A stretch of 32,000 nucleotides of DNA. It comes from Candidatus Altimarinota bacterium (lineage in GTDB: Bacteria > Patescibacteriota > Gracilibacteria > UBA1369). Location of the stretch: positions 120,001 to 152,000 of the forward strand of contig JBAZYK010000003.1 of the NCBI GenBank assembly GCA_041659405.1, written 5' to 3'. The position numbers and the translations under genes were made by a program. Below, piece after piece: positions 1-6,956 of this stretch; the first letter of the stretch is position 1, and each line of letters starts with the position of its first letter. The notes under the pieces were generated by a model. The model had not been told where the DNA came from and searched no databases. It saw only the letters and a list, made by a program, of their open reading frames with translations.

Positions 1-1188
1 GGAGGCCAAGCAGACGATTATTTCGTTACTGAACATGAATATATCGTTGTGTATTGTCGTTCAGACGTTTTTCAGTGGAAAGATGAGTTAGTTCCTGTTG
101 ACGAGGCGAAATTTAACAAAGAGGATGAAAAAGGTAGATATACCGCTGTTAAATTAGCTAAATGGGGCAATACTTCTCGAAAGGAGGATAGGCCTTCTAT
201 GTATTACCCTGTAAAAATGCCTGATGATAAAAATGTTTATCCAATTGCTCCAGATGGTGGGGAAGGGCGTTGGCGAGTTGGCAAAAAACGAATGCAGGAA
301 CTTCTTGAAAATGATTTAGTATTCTGGGGTGAATCAAAAGGAACAATAATTCCTTATGAAAAAATTTACCGTAATGGGTCTGAAATACAAGCCTTGAAAG
401 ACAGGAGCGTTTTATATGAACTAGCTTCTACTGGTGATGGCACTAATGTTTTAACTGAAATTTTTGGAAAAAAAGATTTATTTGAAAATCCTAAACCCAT
501 TCAGCTTGTTCATTTTTTTGCAAGAAATAATACAGGTGATAATGATTTAATTTTAGATTTTTTCGCCGGCTCCGGCACGGCTGCCCACGCCGTCATGCAA
601 CTAAATGCCGAAGATGGCGGCAACCGGAAATGGATTTGCGTACAATTACCAGAAAAATGCAAAGAAGGAACTGAGGCACTAAAAACCGGTTTTGTAACAA
701 TTGCCGATATTGCCAAAGAGCGTATTCGTAGAGCTGGCAAGAAAATTAAAGAAGGGGCAAAGGATAAGAAACTTGATCTTGGATTTAAGGCTTTTAAACT
801 TGATGAAAGCAATTTCAAAATCTGGAATACACAAATAGCAAATGTAGAACAGCTTGAACAGCAATTGATGGATTTCATCGACAATGTCCGTCCTGAATCC
901 TCAGCTGAAGACATGCTTTATGAACTTATATTAAAGAGTGGCAAGGAACTGAATATCGCGATTGAAGAAAAACAGGCCGATGGATGCAAATATCATCGAA
1001 TTGGTGATGGCTCTTTGATTATTTGTTTAGCGGACAAACTCACAAGACCACTCTTTGAGACTATTTTAAAAGACAAGCCGGAAAAGATCATCACTTTGGA
1101 TCGATCTTTTGCCAATAACGACCAACTCAAAATCAACATAATGCTGGATGCAGAACGCGCAGGGGTGAAGGAATTTAAAGTAATCTAA
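1..1188 (+). CDS. mod: Type III restriction-modification DNA methyltransferase (Mod), 3' part; the 5' end lies outside the window
   Basis: Frame +1 is open from base 1, with no stop before the track's GTG at 49. The translation shows TEHEYIVVY at the left edge, the AdoMet-binding motif FFAGSGTAAHAV (FxGxG), and the tail ITLDRSFANNDQLKINI. I associate this layout with beta-class N6/N4 Type III Mod proteins. A Type III Res gene lies downstream in the same tightly coupled operon. Confidence 0.85.
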   Translation, partial: GGQADDYFVTEHEYIVVYCRSDVFQWKDELVPVDEAKFNKEDEKGRYTAVKLAKWGNTSRKEDRPSMYYPVKMPDDKNVYPIAPDGGEGRWRVGKKRMQELLENDLVFWGESKGTIIPYEKIYRNGSEIQALKDRSVLYELASTGDGTNVLTEIFGKKDLFENPKPIQLVHFFARNNTGDNDLILDFFAGSGTAAHAVMQLNAEDGGNRKWICVQLPEKCKEGTEALKTGFVTIADIAKERIRRAGKKIKEGAKDKKLDLGFKAFKLDESNFKIWNTQIANVEQLEQQLMDFIDNVRPESSAEDMLYELILKSGKELNIAIEEKQADGCKYHRIGDGSLIICLADKLTRPLFETILKDKPEKIITLDRSFANNDQLKINIMLDAERAGVKEFKVI

Positions 1189-1198
1189 AAATCACTTT

Positions 1199-1450
1199 AT
1201 GGAGCCACTAAAATTTTCTGACCACAAGGCAAAAATCATCGAAGCTCTCAATGCCCGAGGCCCACAACTTGGCATTCTTGAACCAATAGCTTTGGTAGAA
1301 GGATTTATTAATCAGCCATTACAAATGGAATTTACGGGGGGACTAGTTATTGGCGGCCCAGCAATTCCTATGGTTGCCGTTGTTGGTAATAACAGTGGAA
1401 GAATTTACTATTTTGCCCTTAAAGCTTTATTACCAGATATTCAATTATAA
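1199..1450 (+). CDS. Hypothetical 83-aa protein encoded between mod and res
   Basis: The ATG at 1199 lies 10 nt after the mod stop, and the TAA at 1448-1450 lies 1 nt before the next ATG. The core GGLVIGGPAIPMVAVVGNNSGRIYYF is rich in Gly, Val and Ile and looks beta-strand-like. I recognise no HTH and no family. The coding call rests on the ORF and its tight operon spacing only. Confidence 0.55.
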   Translation: MEPLKFSDHKAKIIEALNARGPQLGILEPIALVEGFINQPLQMEFTGGLVIGGPAIPMVAVVGNNSGRIYYFALKALLPDIQL

Positions 1451-1451
1451 A

Positions 1452-2174
1452 ATGGCTGATCCAATAAAAACAGCTACAGATAGGCCTGATACAACCCCTG
1501 CGACATTTGATGCTCCAACAGCTGCAGCACCCGTGGTTGCCCCTGCGTCTGGAGGAACTCCTGTTGGTCAAAATGTCACCACTCAGCAAGGAGAACAAAC
1601 TGTTCTTTCAAAATCAGATGTTGAAAAAATGATAAATGATGCAGTTGGAAAAGTTGATGAAAAAATACTGCCAATCACTGGGAAAATAGATAAATTCGAA
1701 AAAAGATTAGTAACTGATAAGGCCAGTTTAATGACTGTTTTTGGAATTTTTGCTTCTGTTGTTACATTTCTTTCTGTCGAAATTCAGTTTTTAAAAAATG
1801 TATGTGACCCACTACGTTTGGTCGGTTTTAGTCTGATTTTGCTGGCTTCACTGCTCTCATTTGTTTGGATTCTACACCTAATCGCTAATTATTGGATAAA
1901 CGAAAAAGTTAAAGACCATCCGAAACTGTTAGTGTTTTTTATATTTTTATTGTTTGTTTTTGGAGGATGGCTATTGTTTGCGGGTAAGGATGAAATTTCA
2001 TGCAGAGAAAATTTTTTGTATGAAAAATACAGCAACGATTTTAATACACGGCAGATTGAATTGAAGGATGGATTGGATAAGGAAATGAATGGATTTCAAG
2101 AACAATGGAGTTCGGATTTTAAAAATTTAGAACAAAAGATTAACGATATAAACAATAAAGCTAAAACACCATGA
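1452..2174 (+). CDS. Hypothetical 240-aa integral membrane protein (three predicted TM helices) encoded between mod and res
   Basis: Track ORF 1350..2174 overlaps the previous gene, and the first ATG after that gene's stop is 1452 (MADPIKTATD...). The N-terminus is rich in Pro, Thr and Ala. There are three hydrophobic segments: LMTVFGIFASVVTFLSVEIQFL, LVGFSLILLASLLSFVWILHLIANYW and LLVFFIFLLFVFGGWLLFAG. The C-terminal tail is charged. The stop TGA overlaps the res ATG (ATGA at 2171-2174). Confidence 0.65.
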   Translation: MADPIKTATDRPDTTPATFDAPTAAAPVVAPASGGTPVGQNVTTQQGEQTVLSKSDVEKMINDAVGKVDEKILPITGKIDKFEKRLVTDKASLMTVFGIFASVVTFLSVEIQFLKNVCDPLRLVGFSLILLASLLSFVWILHLIANYWINEKVKDHPKLLVFFIFLLFVFGGWLLFAGKDEISCRENFLYEKYSNDFNTRQIELKDGLDKEMNGFQEQWSSDFKNLEQKINDINNKAKTP

Positions 2175-4924
2175 AACTAAAATTTGAAGCCAATCAGGGA
2201 TATCAACTGGAAGCGATTCAATCAATCGTGGAAGTGTTTGAAGGCCAGCCACTGGAAAGCGGAGATTTTGAAATAGAAATAGCTCCAACTTCAAATCAGC
2301 TTCAAATTGGAAGCGAACTTTTGGTAGGAAATAGGCTTGTTATAGCCGAAAGCGAAATCATTAAAAATATTCATAAAATCCAAGGAAGAAATGGATTGGA
2401 GAAATCTAAAAAACAGATGGCTTCTAGCGGTTTCGGGTCTTCCGGGTTTGGCAGTGGTGGATTTGGTGGTGAGCCTGCCGAATATCTGGAAAGATTACAA
2501 GACGGCATGCACTTTTCGGTGGAAATGGAGACCGGTACGGGAAAAACCTACGTTTACCTCCGCACAATCCACGAGTTATACGCAAAATATGGATTTAAGA
2601 AATTTATTATCGTTGTGCCGAGCATTGCCATCAAAGAAGGCGTAATCAAAAATTTGGAAATCACGAAAGAGCATTTTGCCATGCTCTACAACAATCCGGA
2701 GATGGATTTTCATCTGTATGATCCACGCAAACGCGGACAGCTAAAGAATTTTTCAACAACAAACGCTTTGCAGATTTTAGTTATAAATATCGATTCTTTT
2801 GCCAAAAAGGACAATATCATCAATCAGGAATCAGACTGGGGCGTTCCGATTGAATACATCAAAGCTGTGAGGCCAATTGTGATTGTAGATGAGCCACAAA
2901 ATATGGAAACGCCAATTCGTAAGGAGGCAATTGCCAATTTGAATCCGCTCTGTACACTTCGTTTTTCCGCTACACACAAACATCCTTACAATCTTTTATA
3001 CAAGCTTGATCCGGTGCGTGCGTATGATTTGGGCCTGGTTAAAAAGATTGAGGTGGATTCCGTGTTTTCTGAAGATGCCTTTAATGAGGCTTATTTGCGA
3101 GTATTGGAAATTAAGAGCAATAAAATGAAAATTACAGCAAAAGTGGAGATTGATAAAAGCGATGATTATGGACTTCAGAAAAAGGCGGTGATATTACGAT
3201 CCGGTGATGATCTGTATCCCCTTTCCGGCCACCGTGAAGTTTATAAAGAAGGATATGTTTTGGACCAGATTAATATGGCTGAAAAATATGTATCTTTCAC
3301 GAATGGAAAAACTTATTACATTGGACAAAAGGATGAGGGACTTTTGGAAGAGATCATGAAATATCAAATCATTAAGACGATCCAAAATCATTTTGAAAAA
3401 GAGAAAAAGCTCAAAGATAAAGGCATAAAAGTCTTGTCACTGTTCTTTATCGATAAAGTGGCAAATTACAGAAGTTATAGTGAAAATGGCTGGGTGAAAG
3501 GCAAATTTGCCCAATGGTTCGAAGAAATTTACAAAGAATTTCAGGCAAAACCACAGTTTAAAGGGGTTTTGGAACATTCTGCGGACATAGTGCACAACGG
3601 CTACTTTTCTCAGGATAAAAAAACCGGTGCCTGGAAAGATTCAAAAGATAAAGGCGACGAAGGCGGCTCTTCTAAAGATGATGAACAGGCTTATGAATTG
3701 ATTATGAAAGATAAAGAGCGATTGTTGGACGTAAACACGCCTTTACGGTTTATTTTTAGCCATTCTGCACTTCGTGAAGGTTGGGACAATCCGAATGTTT
3801 TTCAAATTTGTACGCTGAATGAGACCCACTCTGAAATGAAGAAAAGACAGGAAATTGGCCGTGGTTTACGTTTGCCGGTAAATCAGGATGGCGAGCGTGT
3901 GTTTGACCAGAACATCAATATCTTGACGGTGATTGCGAACGAAAGTTATGAAAGTTTTGCCAGATCTTTGCAGACGGAAATTGAGGAAGAATGCGGAGTA
4001 AGTTTCACCGGAAGAATTAAAGATAAAAACAAGCGAAAACCGATACTCTTAAAAAAGGGTTATGAACTTGATCCAAATTTTAAGGATTTATGGGAAAAGA
4101 TCAAACAAAAAACGAAATACGATGTGAATTATCAGACGGCAGAATTGGTCAAAGAAGCGGCAAAAGTTTTGAAAGATATAGCGATTACCAAGCCAAGAAT
4201 CAGCAATGTCCGCGTGAGGCTGGAAATGAATGAAAAAGGTATTGAAACGCAAATGATAACAAGTTCAGGACAGGTAATTGAGAATAATTACGATCTTTCT
4301 TTGATTCCCGATGTTTTGGGCGGCATTCAGGCAAAAACCAAGCTTACAAAAACCACTATTCTGGATATTTTTAATAAAGCCGGAAAAATGACCGACATTC
4401 TGGTAAATCCTCAACAGCTCATGGATGAAGGAAGCAGAATTATTAACGAAACTCTCAATAAAATGATAGTGGATGGAATCAAGTATGAAAAAATTGCCGG
4501 AAGTTTTTACGAGATGCAACTATTTGAAAATGAAGAACTTGAGGGCTATTTGGATAAGTTGGTAGAGGTCAAAGATCAGAAGAAGACACTTTATGACCAT
4601 ATCCTTGTCGATTCAAGCGTAGAAAGCCAGTTTGCGCGAGATTTGGAAACCAGAGAGGACGTAAAATTTTACTTCAAGCTTCCGGGATGGTTCAAAATTA
4701 AAACTCCAATGGGGGGCTATAATCCGGACTGGGCGATAGTTTTTGAAAATGATAAACGAATTTATTTTGTTGCCGAAACGAAATCGGAAGGAGAAATCAG
4801 GGAAAGTGAGGAAATGAAAATCAAATGCGGCAGAAAACACTTTAATACTCTAGGTAATGTCCTTTTTGGTCGCGTGGAAAAAGTTGAAAATATACTTTTA
4901 GGAACTTTGGAGGGAAATCAATAA
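2171..4924 (+). CDS. res: Type III restriction enzyme Res subunit (SF2 helicase-nuclease)
   Basis: The protein is 917 aa. It carries Walker A METGTGKTY, a DEAH-like box IVVDEPQN, ALREGWDNPNVFQICTL, and a motif-VI-like QEIGRGLRLPV. The C-terminus has a PD-(D/E)xK-like segment, YNPDWAIVF...YFVAETK. Size and motif order match Type III Res proteins. Confidence 0.9.
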   Translation: MKLKFEANQGYQLEAIQSIVEVFEGQPLESGDFEIEIAPTSNQLQIGSELLVGNRLVIAESEIIKNIHKIQGRNGLEKSKKQMASSGFGSSGFGSGGFGGEPAEYLERLQDGMHFSVEMETGTGKTYVYLRTIHELYAKYGFKKFIIVVPSIAIKEGVIKNLEITKEHFAMLYNNPEMDFHLYDPRKRGQLKNFSTTNALQILVINIDSFAKKDNIINQESDWGVPIEYIKAVRPIVIVDEPQNMETPIRKEAIANLNPLCTLRFSATHKHPYNLLYKLDPVRAYDLGLVKKIEVDSVFSEDAFNEAYLRVLEIKSNKMKITAKVEIDKSDDYGLQKKAVILRSGDDLYPLSGHREVYKEGYVLDQINMAEKYVSFTNGKTYYIGQKDEGLLEEIMKYQIIKTIQNHFEKEKKLKDKGIKVLSLFFIDKVANYRSYSENGWVKGKFAQWFEEIYKEFQAKPQFKGVLEHSADIVHNGYFSQDKKTGAWKDSKDKGDEGGSSKDDEQAYELIMKDKERLLDVNTPLRFIFSHSALREGWDNPNVFQICTLNETHSEMKKRQEIGRGLRLPVNQDGERVFDQNINILTVIANESYESFARSLQTEIEEECGVSFTGRIKDKNKRKPILLKKGYELDPNFKDLWEKIKQKTKYDVNYQTAELVKEAAKVLKDIAITKPRISNVRVRLEMNEKGIETQMITSSGQVIENNYDLSLIPDVLGGIQAKTKLTKTTILDIFNKAGKMTDILVNPQQLMDEGSRIINETLNKMIVDGIKYEKIAGSFYEMQLFENEELEGYLDKLVEVKDQKKTLYDHILVDSSVESQFARDLETREDVKFYFKLPGWFKIKTPMGGYNPDWAIVFENDKRIYFVAETKSEGEIRESEEMKIKCGRKHFNTLGNVLFGRVEKVENILLGTLEGNQ

Positions 4925-4934
4925 TCCAAGATCT

Positions 4935-4958
4935 AAACCCGTCGAATTCGACGGGTTT
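4935..4958 (+). terminator. Putative intrinsic terminator after res
   Basis: There is a perfect 10-bp stem, aaacccgtcg / cgacgggttt, with loop aatt, starting 11 nt after the res stop. The T residues lie partly within the stem, so the U-tract is weak. Confidence 0.5.
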
Positions 4959-4975
4959 AATTGGAAAGTTAGTCA

Positions 4976-5003
4976 TTGCATTCCAGGCTAGATCCACTAT
5001 CAT
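4976..5003 (+). promoter_or_regulatory. Candidate sigma70-type promoter for the 5031 gene
   Basis: TTGCAT (4976-4981), a 16-nt spacer, then TATCAT (4998-5003), about 28 nt upstream of the ATG. This is a pattern match only. Confidence 0.3.
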
Positions 5004-5030
5004 GAAAAAAAAATCTTAACCAATAAATAT

Positions 5031-5495
5031 ATGAATCTAAATCCAGGTCAAAATCCGAATCCTATCAAAGGTTTCAAGCTTCCTAAAATTGTTATGATAG
5101 GATCAATCATCGGTCTTATTGGTACTATTCTTGGTTTAATTGGCGGAGGGATTGGAATATATGCCGCAATGAATCCACAAGGTGTCTTTAACTTTTTACA
5201 AAAGCAAAACATTTTAAATATTGGGAAGATGTTCCCCCAAGAATTGACTAATCCGGAAGTGCTATCGCAGGAATTGGTCAAAACCGGAAAAACGGCAAAG
5301 GCTAAAATAGTTGCTTTGGAGGATACCGGTAACACTTTTAATATGATGCCGGTTGTCAAAATGACTTTTGAAGTTGAGCCGGGAGTACAAGTTGTTATTA
5401 CTCAACCCATCGCAAGAGTCAACTTACCTTCTGTCGGTCAGTATGCTGAAATTTTGTATGATCCCAACGATCTTACAAAAGCCGCAATTAAATAG
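5031..5495 (+). CDS. Hypothetical membrane-anchored protein (N-terminal TM helix plus small beta-rich domain)
   Basis: The ORF is 154 aa. It has a Gly/Ile-rich TM segment, IVMIGSIIGLIGTILGLIGGGIGIYAA, followed by a soluble domain (...AKIVALEDTGNTFNMMPVVKMTFEV...YAEILYDPNDL). I cannot name a family with confidence. Confidence 0.6.
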   Translation: MNLNPGQNPNPIKGFKLPKIVMIGSIIGLIGTILGLIGGGIGIYAAMNPQGVFNFLQKQNILNIGKMFPQELTNPEVLSQELVKTGKTAKAKIVALEDTGNTFNMMPVVKMTFEVEPGVQVVITQPIARVNLPSVGQYAEILYDPNDLTKAAIK

Positions 5496-5511
5496 CGCAC
5501 CTATCAAACCG

Positions 5512-6756
5512 CTAAAGTTTTTCCGGAACTTCAAAGGCTACCAAAAATGCACTTCCGGATTGCTTGCCAGCTTCAAACCATTTCATAAATTTTGACGTAA
5601 CAGCATCTAAACCGGTTCCTTCCGCCAAACCAGCCGTTAAAGCTTTCGCCATTACTATTTGTTGTACCCCGTTATCAGACCCGAGATCTTTCATCAAACT
5701 ACTGGAAGCAAGGACAATAATATCCCCTTCCCCAATACCTCCAACTTTAGAATCTACAGGTTCAAATTTTTCAAAACCGGCCGCCATAGTATAAGCACCA
5801 GCCACAGCTTCTTCAGAAAGCCCCAAATCCTTAGAAGCTTCTGACAAACGTTCAGCACGGGCACCCAATTTGTTTTTATCCCATTTATTCCAAACTGTCT
5901 GCACTGGAAGTGAATCCAGCTCAAAACCGGCTTCACTTTCCGGATTTCTGTGGATGACAAAATACTGAATATCGCCAGCCGACGACACCTCCAGGACGTG
6001 CTCTTTTAAATCAAGTTCCGCTGCCAAAACAGCCACATTCGAAGAATTGGGCGCAATTGAAGAACTGGATTTAAGACCTTTTACAGCTTTATCCATCAAA
6101 GAAAGCATATCCGAAGAAGTAATTCCCGGATCAAAATTCAAAGCATGCGCAACACTAACCAAAGCCCCATTTGCCAAGATAGCAGCGTCTTTTTCCCCAG
6201 AAGAACCTTCCCCTTTAGCATCTGCGGCAAAAATTTGTAATTTATTGTTATCAACATCAGTCACAAGACCAAAACCAGCCCTATTTTTTGATGGATGATC
6301 AACATCCTGCACAACACCTGGAACCAAATGTCCAACAAAAGTTTTTCCACCCAGATCACAAATCAGCTCTTCATCTTCATTGGAACCACAAACCAAAGCA
6401 AGCGCCCGGGCATCAAGTAATTCCACAGAAGTAGGATCACCTTCTTTTAAGGGGAGACCCAATTCATGTAAATTCGTTATTCCCGGTTTTAAAACCAAAT
6501 CGGCATTACTGATTTTCGATCCAATCAGATTTTCTTTTGGACTTATTACATCCACAACCAATTTTCCACTTTCAGACCGAATACCAGGAACGACCTCTTC
6601 ACCTCCTTTAATAGACAAGTCCCAGTCTAATTCGCCTGATTCAGGCTTCTTTCCCAATCGATCATCCGGCACTGACACCACCCTGGATGTTTGATCATCA
6701 CCATCGTCACCACCATCTGGAGTTTGATTTGCCGCAAATTTTTTTATATCTCCCAT
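5512..6756 (-). CDS. Hypothetical protein with PP2C-like motif order but degenerate catalytic motifs
   Basis: The ORF is 414 aa with an acidic N-terminus. Motifs occur in PP2C order: CGSNEDEE (cf. RxxNED), FAADAKGEGSSGEKDAA (cf. VADGMGGHxxGExAS), SSAGDIQYF (cf. GDSRxY), GDIIVLASSSL (cf. GDxLLLCSDGL), and the terminal AFLVAFEV (cf. DNiTvvvv). The assignment is by eye only. Confidence 0.6.
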   Translation of the reverse strand: MGDIKKFAANQTPDGGDDGDDQTSRVVSVPDDRLGKKPESGELDWDLSIKGGEEVVPGIRSESGKLVVDVISPKENLIGSKISNADLVLKPGITNLHELGLPLKEGDPTSVELLDARALALVCGSNEDEELICDLGGKTFVGHLVPGVVQDVDHPSKNRAGFGLVTDVDNNKLQIFAADAKGEGSSGEKDAAILANGALVSVAHALNFDPGITSSDMLSLMDKAVKGLKSSSSIAPNSSNVAVLAAELDLKEHVLEVSSAGDIQYFVIHRNPESEAGFELDSLPVQTVWNKWDKNKLGARAERLSEASKDLGLSEEAVAGAYTMAAGFEKFEPVDSKVGGIGEGDIIVLASSSLMKDLGSDNGVQQIVMAKALTAGLAEGTGLDAVTSKFMKWFEAGKQSGSAFLVAFEVPEKL

Positions 6757-6956
6757 AAAATTTCTTAATTACATCAGTATATAATACAACAAATATCCAA
6801 ATATTACAACGCAACCACGCCTCATATCTTACAATTATTCCCTCAAAAATATTTCAACAAAGGTCCCGCTTGACCAAACCCGGGCGGAAAGCGAATAGAC
6901 TAAACCGGCATCTTGGCATAAACTGGCTACGCTTTTTAATGAGTCCCTGCCTTACT

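Noticed and set aside
510-914. Antisense ORFs inside mod (134 aa and 61 aa), and similar short antisense or alternate-frame ORFs inside res, dinG, uvrB, nrdJ and the PP2C-like gene.
   Set aside because: Each is fully nested in a longer ORF that has recognisable conserved motifs. Their products are low-complexity or compositionally odd.
1350-1451. The N-terminal extension of track ORF 1350..2174 (MAAQQFLWLPLLV...).
   Set aside because: It overlaps the 3' third of the 1199..1450 ORF in another frame. An ATG at 1452 sits 1 nt after that gene's stop and gives a sensible coupled start.
6870-6956. The TTG start and 29-aa basic extension of dinG (MTKPGRKANRLNRHLG...).
   Set aside because: Exonuclease-fused DinG proteins begin a few residues before the ExoI motif (..DLETTG). 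The ATG at 6957 gives MPYVALDLETTG. The extension looks like translated intergenic or promoter sequence.
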